This document shows positions 1 to 14,100 of a stretch of DNA of 64,000 nt, in pieces (the first letter of the stretch is position 1; every line of letters starts with the position of its first letter). A program made the position numbers and the translations under genes. The notes beneath the pieces are model-generated. The model had not been told where the DNA came from. It made no database searches and was given only the letters and a program-made list of their open reading frames with translations. The stretch is from Nemertoderma westbladi (Eukaryota; Animalia; Xenacoelomorpha), in contig JAUCBJ010006295.1 in NCBI GenBank assembly GCA_032718475.1, positions 11,370 through 75,369 of the forward strand, written 5' to 3'.

Positions 1-1
1 T

Positions 2-178
<177 letters not shown>

Positions 179-450
179 CTAAATTGAAGGTAAAGGACTT
201 TTATTATGGCATAGATTGGGTATTTCCCAAATTTTGAAACAAATAATAATTTCGATAAATCCGATTAAAAGATAATTTTCAGAAATATTTTAACGCTGTT
301 TAATTTGTTCATTTTATGTTTTTTACACCTGATTCTGATAAGAGGGAGTGAATGCACATGTGATCCGTTAATGCATTGCAATAGACCCCGTTTACATTTA
401 ATGCTACGGTCTTACCTCAGTTAATAAAGAAAACATTTTTCACAACTTAC

Positions 451-610
451 ATTTACAATATGCTGAAATCCTGCGTCCCCAATGTAATTATAACTTAGAT
501 TTAGAGTTTGAAGATGTGTGTTACTCCTTTTCGGGGTTGCCAAAGCATCTGCGATAGATTGTGCGGCTGTTGCGTCGATCTGATTGTTCCGTAAAGAAAG
601 ACTCGTTAAT
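451..610 (-). CDS. LRRC71: LRRC71 coding exon 5 (LRR)
   Basis: cag|...AAT|gtaagt; LTSLSLRNNQIDATAAQSIADAL...LQTLNLSYNYIGDAGFQHIVN, ribonuclease-inhibitor-type LRRs. Confidence 0.92.
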
Positions 611-746
611 CTGCGAACGGAAATTCAAAAAATACGGCGTAAAGTGTTATTTCCGCCACCCGTCGACAGTATTGGCATCCAACTTGAGGCCCCAGGTTCG
701 ACACCTGGTCGAATCATTCACTATTTGTGAACAGTTCATAAATTAC

Positions 747-3700
747 AGAACACTCCAAGGTTGGTTGGTGATGTTCTTACAGAAAGTCAGGGGGTAGTAG
801 AACACGCCAAGGTTGGTTGGTGCTGTACTTACAGAGAGTCAGGGGGTAGTAGAACACTCCAAGGTTGGTTGGTGCTGTACTTACAAAAGGTCAGGGGGTA
901 GTAGAACACTCCACGTTTGGTTGGTGTTGTACTTACAGAGAGTCAGGGGGTAGTAGAACACTCCAAGGTTGGTTGGTGCTGTACTTACAGAGAGTCAGGG
1001 GGTAGTAGAACACTCCAAGGTTGGTTGGTGCTGTACTTACAAAAGGTCAGGGGGTAGTAGAACACTCCACGTTTGGTTGGTGTTGTACTTACAGAGAGTC
1101 AGGGGGTAGTAGAACACTCCAAGGTTGGTTGGTGCTGTACTTACAGAAAGTCAGGGGGTAGTAGAACACTCCAAGGTTGGTTGGTGCTGTACTTACAGAG
1201 AGTCAGGGGGTAGTAGAACACTCCAAGGTTGGTTGGTGTTGTACTTACAGAGAGTCAGGGGGTAGTAGAACACTCCAAGGTTGGTTGGTGCTGTACTTAC
1301 ATAAAGTCAGGGGGTAGTAGAACACTCCAAGGTTGGTTGGTGCTGTACTTACAGAGAGTCAGGGAGTAGTAGAACACTCCAAGGTTGGTTGGTGCTGTTC
1401 TTACAGAGTCAGGGGGTAGTAGAACACTCCAAGGTTGGTTGGTGCTGTACTTACAGAAAGTCAGGGGGTAGTAGAACACTCCAAGGTTGGTTGGTGCTGT
1501 ACTTACAGAGAGTCAGGGGGTAGTAGAACACTCCAAGGTTGGTTGGTGTTGTACTTACAGAGAGTCAGGGGGTAGTAGAACACTCCAAGGTTGGTTGGTG
1601 CTGTACTTACATAAAGTCAGGGGGTAGTAGAACACTCCAAGTTTGGTTGGTGCTGTACTTACAGAGAGTCAGGGAGTAGTAGAACACTCCAAGATTGGTT
1701 GGTGTTGTACTTACAGAAAGTCAGGGGGTAGTAGAACACTCCAAGGTTGGTTGGTGCTGTACTTACAGAAAGTCAGGGGGTAGTAGAACACTCCAAGGTT
1801 GGTTGGTGCTGTACTTACAGAGAGTCAGGGAGTAGTAGAACACTCCAAGGTTGGTTGGTGTTGTACTTACAGAGAGTCAGGGGGTAGTAGAACACTCCAA
1901 GGTTGGTTGGTGCTGTTCTTACAGAGTCAGGGGGTAGTAGAACACTCCAAGGTTGGTTGGTGCTGTACTTACAGAAAGTCAGGGGGTAGTAGAACACTCC
2001 AAGGTTGGTTGGTGCTGTACTTACAGAGAGTCAGGGAGTAGTAGAACACTCCAAGGTTGGTTGGTGTTGTACTTACAGAGAGTCAGGGGGTAGTAGAACA
2101 CTCCAAGGTTGGTTGGTGCTGTATTTACAGAAAGTCAGGGGGTAGTAGAACACTCCAAGGTTGGTTGGTGCTGTACTTACAGAGAGTCAGGGGGTAGTAG
2201 AACACTCCAAGTTTGGTTGGTGCTGTACTTACAGAGAGTCAGGGGGTAGTAGAACACTCCACGTTTGGTTGGTGTTGTACTTACAGAGAGTCGGGGGGTA
2301 GTAGAACACTCCAAGGTTGGTTGGTGCTGTACTTACAGAAAGTCAGGGGGTAGTAGAACACTCCAAGGTTGGTTGGTGCTGTACTTACAGAGAGTCAGGG
2401 AGTAGTAGAACACTCCAAGGTTGGTTGGTGTTGTACTTACAGAAAGTCAGGGGGTAGTAGAACACTCCAAGGTTGGTTGGTGCTGTACTTACAGAGAGTC
2501 AGGGAGTAGTAGAACACTCCAAGGTTGGTTGGTGTTGTACTTACAGAGAGTCAGGGGGTAGTAGAACACTCCAAGGTTGGTTGGTGCTGTATTTACAGAA
2601 AGTCAGGGAGTAGTAGAACACTCCAAGGTTGGTTGGTGCTGTATTTACAGAAAGTCAGGGGGAAGTAGAACACTCCAAGGTTGGTTGGTGCTGTACTTAC
2701 AGAGAGTCAGGGAGTAGTAGAACACGCCAAGGTTGGTTGGTGCTGTACTTACAGAGAGTCAGGGAGTAGTAGAACACTCCAAGGTTGGTTGGTGCTGTAT
2801 TTACAGAAAGTCAGGGGGTAGTAGAACACTCCAAGGTTGGTTGGTGTTGTACTTACAGAGAGTCAGGGGGTAGTAGAACACTCCAAGGTTGGTTGGTGCT
2901 GTATTTACAGAAAGTCAGGGGGTAGTAGAACACTCCAAGGTTGGTTGGTGCTGTACTTACAGAGAGTCAGGGGGTAGTAGAACACTCCAAGTTTGGTTGG
3001 TGCTGTACTTACAGAGAGTCAGGGGGTAGTAGAACACTCCAAGGTGGTTGGTGCTGTACTTACAGAAAGTCAGGGGGTAGTAGAACACTCCAAGGTTGGT
3101 TGGTGCTGTATTTACAGAAAGTCAGGGGGTAGTAGAACACTCCAAGGTCGGTTGGTGCTGTACTTACAGAGAGTCAGGGGGTAGTAGAACACTCCAAGTT
3201 TGGTTGGTGCTGTACTTACAGAGAGTCAGGGGGTAGTAGAACACTCCAAGGTGGTTGGTGCTGTACTTACAGAAAGTCAGGGGGTAGTAGAACACGCCAA
3301 GGTTGGTTGGTGCTGTACTTACAGAAAGTCAGGGGGTAGTAGAACACGCCAAGGTTGGTTGGTGCTGTACTTACAGAGAGTCAGGGGGTAGTAGAACACT
3401 CCACGTTTGGTTGGTGCTGTACTTACAGAAAGTCAGGGGGTAGTAGAACACTCCAAGGTTGGTTGGTGCTGTACTTACAGAAAGTCAGGGGGTAGTAGAA
3501 CACTCCAAGGTTGGTTGGTGCTGTACTTACAGAGAGTCAGGGAGTAGTAGAACACTCCAAGGTTGGTTGGTGTTGTACTTACAGAAAGTCAGGGGGTAGT
3601 AGAACACTCCAAGGTTGGTTGGTGCTGTACTTACAGAGAGTCAGGGAGTAGTAGAACACTCCAAGGTTGGTTGGTGTTGTACTTACAGAGAGTCAGGGGG

Positions 3701-4140
3701 TAGTAGAACACTCCAAGGTTGGTTGGTGCTGTATTTACAGAAAGTCAGGGAGTAGTAGAACACTCCAAGGTTGGTTGGTGCTGTATTTACAGAAAGTCAG
3801 GGGGTAGTAGAACACTCCAAGGTGGTTGGTGCTGTACTTACAGAAAGTCAGGGGGTAGTAGAACACGCCAAGGTTGGTTGGTGCTGTACTTACAGAGAGT
3901 CAGGGGGTAGTAGAACACTCCAAGTTTGGTTGGTGCTGTACTTACAGAGAGTCAGGGGGTAGTAGAACACTCCAAGGTGGTTGGTGCTGTACTTACAGAA
4001 AGTCAGGGGGTAGTAGAACACGCCAAGGTTGGTTGGTGCTGTACTTACAGAGAGTCAGGGGGTAGTAGAACACTCCAAGGTTGGTTGGTGCTGTACTTAC
4101 AGAGAGTCAGGGGGTAGTAGAACACTCCAAGGTTGGTTGG
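747..4140. repeat. 52-bp minisatellite, about 65 copies; unit = 40 nt of LRRC71 exon 4 end + 12 nt of donor/intron
   Basis: Minus-strand unit CCAACCAACCTTGGAGTGTTCTACTACCCCCTGACTCTCT|GTAAGTACAGCA. Confidence 0.97.
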
Positions 4141-4250
4141 AACCGTCCAGCGGAGAAGCCTCCACTGATAGGTTTCGTAGATTCTCGCACTGACTTAGAA
4201 CGCTGCCCATTAAAGTTAAGGTCTCCTTCGTAAGTCCAACATTCCATAAA
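4101..4250 (-). CDS. LRRC71: LRRC71 coding exon 4 (last 40 nt are the first unit of the 52-bp array)
   Basis: tttcag| acceptor; LWNVGLTKETLTLMGSVLSQCENLRNLSVEASPLDGSNQPWSVLLPPDS; donor CT|gtaagt; phase 2/2 fits both neighbours. Confidence 0.9.
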
Positions 4251-4747
4251 CTGAAAATGAATGGCAACGTGATTAATTAATATTCTTCGTGAAAAATTCG
4301 GAATAATTTTCTTTAGAGAGCGAATAAGAGTTTTTCTGAAAGTTTCTGTGTCGCATCTTCATATTAGCAAAAACGAGCCAATATCAGTTAAATCGTCCCG
4401 GAACTCGGAATATTACATAGGAGTGGACATCGAACAGGCATGCGGTACAGTTAGGCTGGGGTCACAACTTTGAGCTTTCAACTTTTAATTAAAAGATTGA
4501 ACACAGTGTATGGAGAGATGTTCACACATAAACAAAACGGTCAACTTTAGACTTCCAAAACGCAACTTTCAACATTCACCGTTAGTCATATGTTCTATCT
4601 TACTTGAAAGTTGAAAGCTGGCCTTTCTAGCATTATTGACAGAAGTAATGTTTATAAAATTATAGCAGCTACCTGTGAACTGCTACAGTATATAAAATTG
4701 ACGATTTGGTGGGAACGATTTTGTGCTGTTGCTGTAGTGTCGGAATC

Positions 4748-5101
4748 ATGTCTACTGAATATTTAATTTCTTTAGTACAGCAAAGGGAAGTCATAATAAT
4801 ACCGCTTCCACAACGTAGTCTTGCATATGGCGGTATAGACTTGGTATCACTATACAGTAGGCCTACTGTATATACGGTTGATATACCTATAGATGAGAGT
4901 GGTTCATCAAAGAATGAAATTGACATTCTCGTATCATTAAAAAACTTATCTCCATCTTCCCTCAAATCTTGATAAAGTTTTCTTACTGTATAACGCCGTA
5001 CGACAACCTTTTTTGATTTATCGGGTGAACCCAATATCGGTCATCCCACCGTATGTAAGGCATATGCTAGCTAATATTACGTCATCGATTTCGTTATCCA
5101 T
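4748..5101. mobile_element. PIF/Harbinger transposon remnant (internally deleted)
   Basis: Minus strand with frameshifts: RYWVHPINQKR...LYQDLREDGDKFFNDTRMS, typical of the Harbinger transposase N-terminus; convergent plus-strand MSTEYLISLVQQR resembles a MADF-domain start. Confidence 0.65.
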
Positions 5102-6872
5102 ATTAAAAAAAAAACACTTTTATTTGAAAAAGGCTCTTGTTCTCACTAATATTTTTAAAATTGAATCTCTATAATATCTGTAGGCCTATGGATCTTTATG
5201 TTACGTACGGGTAGGTCTTTGCAAGCAAAACCAATAATCTTTGTAAACTACATACTACTCTGGGATAGAATTCCTGGAAGTGTACTGGGACTTCCCAAAA
5301 TACAGTACATTAAATGCACAACCGCCAAACAAGGCCAGGATAATGGCCTCCTGCTGCGAATGAGCGCTACATCGCCGTATGTATTGCCGCCAGCCAGCAG
5401 CTTAAAACCACACTGAGGTGGGCCTGACCAAAATTGATCAAATATGATTGGACATGGACGGACATGGACAAAGGATCAGCTATTTAAATTATTTAATATG
5501 GAGTGCAGCAGATGTACGAATTTAAATGACAGATTAAATACGTAAATCGATAGGCAAGGCACTAAAAATTGTAAAATGTAAAATTTTTGTTTTTCTACTG
5601 CTTTACAAATGAAGTGCGCCCTCTCCCAATACATTCCTTTAAATATGTGGAGACAAGTTGGACGCACTAAAAGAAAAGAGTGACCTCAGCATCTGCAAGA
5701 GATACGGTCTCCATTGATCCTTTGTAAGAAGAATACCAACACCTGAATCTGTGGATGTGTTGTACCTTAAATTTAATTGATTTTTAAAAAATGTTGCAGG
5801 TCACAAAAAGAGGGGGCTTATTTAAAACACGGGGGGGGGGGGGGGTAACGCCTTCGGCACTATCTGGAGGAGCCGTGCCCTGTTGTTTTGGCAACTACAA
5901 TAATAATTGTATGGAAAGTATTTGAATTATTCGTCAAATACTAGAAAAGATTGGATTATTAGAGATTCGAATGTTTGAACGAACGTTCGGAACCCCAATA
6001 AGTTTACGTGTAACAAAATTACCTTCATGAAGAAATATGCTCATTTTTTGGTATGCTGATCACGAATTTGTTCTCAAAAATATCGTGTGCGATTCATTGG
6101 GGCATTTTTGGACATGTGCTACAGTGGCACGAAATATACAAGTCTCACATATTTAATCAATAACAAATCAACCTGAGTTTATGGCCTTATGGGTTTTCCG
6201 TGTAGCTACGTAATTCGTATATGAAACTCAAAAATATCGCTTCTGATTGCTTATGGTATTTTTAATATGTGCTAATGTGGCACAAAATTTAAATTAAATT
6301 TGATAACTACACTACCAGGCTGCCAGGCCTGCAGCCGCCCCGATATGTACCTATATTCCCCACGGGCGCCTGCATCACCAAATATAAATAGTTATTATTA
6401 TTATTATTACCACAAATATTTTTAACAAGTTCTATCCGTGATCAGCGACCTCGACAACCCCAACAGCTTCAGAATTATTCAACCAAATTCAATTTTATTT
6501 GACGGTACGGTGCCGTACGGAATCTGCAGTTTGTTATAGGACCGTACAGTCTATTGCCGTACGGAATACCAAACATACAGTACGCCCGCCTGACGGCTGC
6601 TGAACGGACAAATATCACAATGTCTTACCGTAGGGCCACCCTACGGCCTGACCTACGGCTGACTTACGGCCGAGTATAAATTGGCCTTAAGTCTGATACA
6701 AGTGATTCATTTCAGCATTATTAAATCTGAAGAGTCCCTAGTCATATATTGGTTGAAACACTGTAGTCGCTCCAATTCAACTTAAATTATTATCATTCTT
6801 CAAAGGTAAGGTTTGTTTACCTAAATGGCTTTTACTCAACTCCAACTGCTCAATGGAGACAATTAGGTTTAC

Positions 6873-7090
6873 CTTAAGGTGTGGAGTTTATTCATTGCAG
6901 GCAAGGTTTGGTTAAGAACTTCTCCCATTTTTGTATCAATCTTCCACCCTCGAATAGATACGCATGTAATGATGGTTTTCTTTTCTTCGATTTCCGTTTC
7001 TATTTGCACTCGCGGCAATAAATAGTCGTAAGAATCCTTGAGTACGTATGTTTTAGGAACAGGATCCACAGGCGTTCCATCTTTATTTAA
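6873..7090 (-). CDS. LRRC71: LRRC71 coding exon 3
   Basis: ttttag| acceptor, AG|gtaaac donor; YDYLLPRVQIETE...VSIRGWKID resembles LRRC71 YVFFRPTIQVELE...IYIRGWKVE; phases fit both neighbours. Confidence 0.9.
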
Positions 7091-7671
7091 CTAAAACAAA
7101 CAAATGAACGCCCGTGTACAGTATATATTTACTTCATTTTCAGTAAGACGTACACTCCAGCCAAATAAATGCTGTACAGGTACATCAATAGTAACTATTA
7201 CAGTTGTTAGTACACCATAATACAGTATGTATTTACAGTGCGAATCTGTGATCTGATCTTTGGTTCCAGGACAAAGATTCGTATCGCATGGGCATGGGAC
7301 ATTATTATAACCAAAACAATAAACGAGAGTTTAATATAACAGGTTACAGTTAAATCATTTTACGGGACGATTCGGCGTCACTCAAAGCACTTTCGGACTG
7401 TCTCATTCGAACGTTCGAGCCAATATCAGATCGAACGGGTCCAGAGAGATTTAATTAATTAATTTAATTAATTATTAATGAAATTATTAGTCTTATGAAA
7501 GTTTCTTATATGATGAATACTTAAGTTTGTCACCTTGTGGTTTTTTAATCAAAGCTAAAATTTTTATTATTATTATTTATTACTGTATACTGTACTCATC
7601 ATTACTATGGCTGAATTAAATTTCATTGAGATTGGGAAACTTATATGTCTATACTGTACCTTATACCTTAA

Positions 7672-7797
7672 CCAACCCAAACGGCCCTTTTCAGGGCCAA
7701 CTACTGTACGACCTGACTTCAACCCAAACGGCCCTTTTCAGGGCCATCTACTGTATGACCTGACTTAACCAACCCAAACGGCCCTTTTCAGGGCCAA
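7672..7797. repeat. Short tandem repeat, about 3 copies of 47-51 bp
   Basis: aacccaaacggcccttttcagggcca occurs three times. Confidence 0.85.
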
Positions 7798-8405
7798 CAT
7801 ATGAAATAAACAACCGTATCGCAACAGCGTTATTAGCTTGTAATATTTTTTTACAATAAGATACACCCTCAGTCGGGGTAAATATTAATTATAATATTAG
7901 AAATATGTATGTACGGTAGACTGTAATTAAGATTACGTACGCATAGTAAATCGTAATTAAACTAATAGATTAAGCTAAAATATTACATAATTAAGCTAGT
8001 AAATAATAGTAATAGTAGTAATAATAGTAGTAGTAAGTAATATAGATTAAAATAATACATTCCCTTCAAAGAACTTAATAAATAATACCCATGCAATCCG
8101 CAAGGTGGTGAACAATACTGCTATACCGGTACCGGTACCATTATTTATCTGATTTTAGGCTTGTTTGGCTAGTGTCGTTCAAACGTACTAATACCACCTA
8201 CATGAAGCCTCTATGTAGGCTATACCTCTACGCAAAAGATATACCCGAAATGTTTTTCCCGTTACTTAAAAAATAAAGTAACTGTAACCGTCATTACCTG
8301 ATTACCGAACTGCAGTACTGCAGACGGACCGGTACCGGTAGCTGTAAGAAGATAGTAGTAGTATGTAATGTAGTACCGTCCGTATACACTGATACACGAT
8401 GTGCA

Positions 8406-9192
8406 ATGGGATTACCTCCACTAATATTCTATCTAAAACTCATCATATTCCTTACTATTCATTTATCCCGTTTCATAATAACGACAGAACGAATTGGCAA
8501 CCACCACGAGCACGAACATACCACCGGTACCGGTGACGATTATTTACTGCCGTACCCACGATTTCTCAGATCCACAAACAATTTCGAAAGTGGAGAAAGC
8601 AGGAATGAGCCACGAACTCGAAACATAAGGGACGTAGACCTACCGGTATACAAAAACATCGATAATAATTCATCCATCAATACCCGTAGGCCTATATTCG
8701 ATTGGAATATTACTTACGGTGTTGATGATTTCTACACTTCCGGTACCGGTACCGATAACGGAACTACCGATGATTTCAATTCGACGACCACCCCCGAGGT
8801 CTGCCCAATCGTATCGCTTAACGGTGATTACGAATCGATAATTACAAATATAGGCGAACGTCCCTCTGTCTCCACTCATCATCTTATTTGGGACAATATT
8901 GGTATGCGGGATTATATGCCGCAGACACTATACGGTAGGATAGGCGTGGTTAGCAACCCCTCCCGGACTCTGTCCGTACTCGAGCCGGGCGGTTTGGGTG
9001 GATGCGCCATCCAGCGGCGGGTCCCAGTATCGGACACCGCCCGCGGCTGTTTGTTCGCTATAAACGCGGGTTTCTATAACGTCGACACCGGTGAATGTGT
9101 CGGTAATGTTGTGTCGGAAGGTCGGATAGTTCATAAGTCGTACCATAGTAACCCACACTTCGGAGTTAAAAGTGACGGAACAATATTTATAG
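8406..9192 (+). CDS. NAGPA: NAGPA (uncovering enzyme) exon 1
   Basis: Hydrophobic N-terminus, DDYLLPYP motif, RNIR furin-like site, RTLSVLEPGGLGGC and AINAGFY motifs; donor G|gtaagt. Confidence 0.92.
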
Positions 9193-9459
9193 GTAAGTTA
9201 TAATTATTTATTATCGGAGCGGGACATTGGAAATTGATGCTTTTCCCAGGTTGGAATTCATGCATGTGCGCGCAGGTATGCGTCCGTGTTTTGCAGCATG
9301 AATTCCAACCTGGTAGCTTTTCCAGCTTCGAGGGAATTAGTAAATTTGGTGTTGTGAACTGATGTGGAAATAGAAACATAAAATTAATTAATTATAACTA
9401 AATTATTGTTTGTATTAATTGTCTTAGTTTCGGCGTTTGTAACTATTTTCTCTACGCAG

Positions 9460-10673
9460 GTTATTTGAGCGAAGAAATAATAACCGATACAGTAAATCCG
9501 TTTACTAATCTAGTCGGTGGGGTTGTCTGGCTAGTTAGAAACGGCGCGAGTTACGTGGGCGAGAGTCTGCGAGTCGAGTGTAGGGAGGCGGAGTCCACGG
9601 GCTCGTTGTACGAGTTCGCGAGTGTCCGGAGCGCTCGGACGGCGCTCGGTGTGGACGCCAGGGGGCGCGCGGTAACGGTAACCGTCGAGGGTCGAACCGG
9701 GTTCCGCGGGATCGATCTTTGGGACTTCGCCGAGTTCCTGATCGCTCGCGGAGTCGTAAACGCGATAAACCTCGACGGCGGGGGTTCGGTGACGAGCGTA
9801 GTGAACGGGACGCTGGTTGGTTACCCGAGCGACGCGTGCGGGGAGTTTAACTGCGAGCGTGCGGTCTCTACCGTGGTGTGCGTCCGCAACGCGAGTTGTT
9901 TACACGATTGCTACGGTAACGGGGAGTGCGTGAACGGGGAGTGCGTGTGTTCTACTTACTTTACGGGGGAGTTGTGCAGCCGGTTGGATTGCTCGGCGGC
10001 TGGGCACTGCTCGGGGCGGGGTGTCTGCACCCCCGGGGGGTGTCGGTGCGGTCCGGGGTGGTCCGGGGGCGACTGCGACACCGCGTGCGTCGCCGGTCGC
10101 TACGGCGACGGCTGCGGCCGCGAGTGCGACTGCGGGAGCAGCGGGAAGTGCGACCGGTTCACCGGCGCGTGTAGCTGCGCCGACGGGTGGGAGGGCGCGC
10201 ACTGCGACCGGAGGTGCTCCCCCGGTCGCTACGGGGACCGGTGCAACGCGACGTGCGACTGCGTGGGCGCGTGCGACTGCGACCCGGTCGACGGGAGCTG
10301 CCGGTCCGACACTCCCAGCTACTCCTCCTACTCCCAATGCCGCGTCGAGCAGCTGATAACCCGACGGCATTTAGTCCGATATAAACACGAAGCCCCCGAC
10401 TATTGGCTCCTCCTTACGATTCCTCTCCTCGTGAGTTTGGCGTTTAATTTCGCCGCGTTTCTCGAACTCTTTAACTCTTGTAGGACTAAGTGTTACAGAC
10501 GTAGGAGTCGGTTTAGGTCCGTTCTACTCAGTAAATCTAATAATAAATCCTCCGCCGAAGATAAAAGTTTAATAAATAACGACGGAGACGATGAATCTTC
10601 GGATACCGACATCGAGATTTACTTTAAGGGATACAAACAATCCCAAGAGAATAGAAACGCTTTCCATTTCTAA
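9460..10673 (+). CDS. NAGPA: NAGPA exon 2 (catalytic C-half, EGF-like repeats, TM helix, cytoplasmic tail); 666 aa in total
   Basis: acgcag|GT TAT TTG gives FIGYLSEE; GVVWLVRNG, SARTALG, NAINLDGGGS and YPSD motifs; Cys-rich EGF/laminin-like repeats; TM segment YWLLLTIPLLVSLAFNF; several AATAAA downstream. Confidence 0.95.
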
Positions 10674-11129
10674 TTGAAACTAATTAGTTGGTTTTATTTA
10701 CAAGATATTCCTAAAATAAAGTAGGAAATTAAAGTGATTATTTAGTGAACTTTATATGATAACCACCTGATTTGTCTTCCGATACGCCAGTGACTTTATA
10801 TTATAATAAATCAGCGATATTTTTGAGAATTAAAAATAAATAATATAAAACATGAGTTTGAGTTTGAGACCCCGACACAACAATTTAATTGCGTTTCCTA
10901 TTATTAACTAATTAACTTCGACTAATTATCGCATTCCTCCACATATTTTAGCCTTTAAACTAAAAAAACTTCGCAATTCAATATATTTTTGTGTTTCCGC
11001 TGAATTAATTACAATTTTCATTCCATTTATATTTTTGGTGCAAATAGTATATTTTTGCCATTAGCTAGTTTTTTGGCTTTTAAACCCGGAATCGGATAAA
11101 GTGAGAGTCTAATCTTTTTCTATCCTTTA

Positions 11130-14100
11130 ACTAACTGAGACACAGGTTGGTTCTCTATGACTCCCACCTAATGTGTTACTAACTGAGACACAGGTTGGTT
11201 CTCTATGACTCCCACCTAATGTGTTACTAACTGAGACACAGGTTGGTTCTCTATGACTCCCATCTAATGTGTTACTAACTGAGACACAGGTTGGTTCTCT
11301 ATGACTCCCACCTAATGTGTTACTAACTGAGACACAGGTTGGTACTCTATGACTCCCACCTAATGTGTTACTAACTGAGACACAGGTTGGTTCTCTATGA
11401 CTCACACCTAATGTGTTACTAACTGAGACACAGGTTGGTTCTCTATGACTCACACCTAATGTGTTACTAACTGAGACACAGGTTGGTTCTCTATGACTCC
11501 CACCTAATGTGTTACTAACTGAGACACAGGTTGGTTCTCTATGACTCCCACCTAATGTGTTACTAACTGAGACACAGGTTGGTTCTCTATGACTCACACC
11601 TAATGTGTTACTAACTGAGACACAGGTTGGTTCTCTATGACTCACACCTAATGTGTTACTAACTGAGACACAGGTTGGTTCTCTATGACTCACACCTAAT
11701 GTGTTACTAACTGAGACACAGGTTGGTTCTCTATGACTCCCACCTAATGTGTTACTAACTGAGACACAGGTTGGTTCTCTATGACTCCCACCTAATGTGT
11801 TACTAACTGAGACACAGGTTGGTTCTCTATGACTCACACCTAATGTGTTACTAACTGAGACACAGGTTGGTTCTCTATGACTCCCACCTAATGTGTTACT
11901 AACTGAGACACAGGTTGGTTCTCTATGACTCCCACCTAATGTGTTACTAACTGAGACACAGGTTGGTTCTCTATGACTCCCACCTAATGTGTTACTAACT
12001 GAGACACAGGTTGGTTCTCTATGACTCACACCTAATGTGTTACTAACTGAGACACAGGTTGGTTCTCTATGACTCACACCTAATGTGTTACAAACTGAGA
12101 CACAGGTTGGTTCTCTATGACTCCAACCTAATGTGTTACTAACTGAGACACAGGTTGGTTCTCTATGACTCACACCTAATGTGTTACTAACTGAGACACA
12201 GGTTGGTTCTCTATGACTCCCACCTAATGTGTTACTAACTGAGACACAGGTTGGTTCTCTATGACTCCCACCTAATGTGTTACTAACTGAGACACAGGTT
12301 GGTTCTCTATGACTCACACCTAATGTGTTACTAACTGAGACACAGGTTGGTTCTCTATGACTCACACCTAATGTGTTACTAACTGAGACACAGGTTGGTT
12401 CTCTATGACTCCCACCTAATGTGTTACTAACTGAGACACAGGTTGGTTCTCTATGACTCCCACCTAATGTGTTACTAACTGAGACACAGGTTGGTTCTCT
12501 ATGACTCACACCTAATGTGTTACTAACTGAGACACAGGTTGGTTCTCTATGACTCCCACCTAATGTGTTACTAACTGAGACACAGGTTGGTTCTCTATGA
12601 CTCCCACCTAATGTGTTACTAACTGAGACACAGGTTGGTTCTCTATGACTCCCACCTAATGTGTTACTAACTGAGACACAGGTTGGTTCTCTATGACTCA
12701 CACCTAATGTGTTACTAACTGAGACACAGGTTGGTTCTCTATGACTCACACCTAATGTGTTACTAACTGAGACACAGGTTGGTTCTCTATGACTCACACC
12801 TAATGTGTTACTAACTGAGACACAGGTTGGTTCTCTATGACTCACACCTAATGTGTTACTAACTGAGACACAGGTTGGTTCTCTATGACTCCCACCTAAT
12901 GTGTTACTAACTGAGACACAGGTTGGTTCTCTATGACTCCCACCTAATGTGTTACTAACTGAGACACAGGTTGGTTCTCTATGACTCCCACCTAATGTGT
13001 TACTAACTGAGACACAGGTTGGTTCTCTATGACTCACACCTAATGTGTTACTAACTGAGACACAGGTTGGTTCTCTATGACTCCCACCTAATGTGTTACT
13101 AACTGAGACACAGGTTGGTTCTCTATGACTCCCACCTAATGTGTTACTAACTGAGACACAGGTTGGTTCTCTATGACTCCCACCTAATGTGTTACTAACT
13201 GAGACACAGGTTGGTTCTCTATGACTCACACCTAATGTGTTACTAACTGAGACACAGGTTGGTTCTCTATGACTCCCACCTAATGTGTTACTAACTGAGA
13301 CACAGGTTGGTTCTCTATGACTCCCACCTAATGTGTTACTAACTGAGACACAGGTTGGTTCTCTATGACTCCCACCTAATGTGTTACTAACTGAGACACA
13401 GGTTGGTTCTCTATGACTCACACCTAATGTGTTACTAACTGAGACACAGGTTGGTTCTCTATGACTCACACCTAATGTGTTACTAACTGAGACACAGGTT
13501 GGTTCTCTATGACTCACACCTAATGTGTTACTAACTGAGACACAGGTTGGTTCTCTATGACTCCCACCTAATGTGTTACTAACTGAGACACAGGTTGGTT
13601 CTCTATGACTCCCACCTAATGTGTTACTAACTGAGACACAGGTTGGTTCTCTATGACTCACACCTAATGTGTTACTAACTGAGACACAGGTTGGTTCTCT
13701 ATGACTCACACCTAATGTGTTACTAACTGAGACACAGGTTGGTTCTCTATGACTCCCACCTAATGTGTTACTAACTGAGACACAGGTTGGTTCTCTATGA
13801 CTCACACCTAATGTGTTACTAACTGAGACACAGGTTGGTTCTCTATGACTCCCACCTAATGTGTTACTAACTGAGACACAGGTTGGTTCTCTATGACTCA
13901 CACCTAATGTGTTACTAACTGAGACACAGGTTGGTTCTCTATGACTCCCACCTAATGTGTTACTAACTGAGACACAGGTTGGTTCTCTATGACTCCCACC
14001 TAATGTGTTACTAACTGAGACACAGGTTGGTTCTCTATGACTCCCACCTAATGTGTTACTAACTGAGACACAGGTTGGTTCTCTATGACTCACACCTAAT

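Noticed and set aside
9900-10384. Overlapping Ala/Arg-rich ORFs
   Set aside because: Alternative frames of the GC-rich NAGPA exon 2
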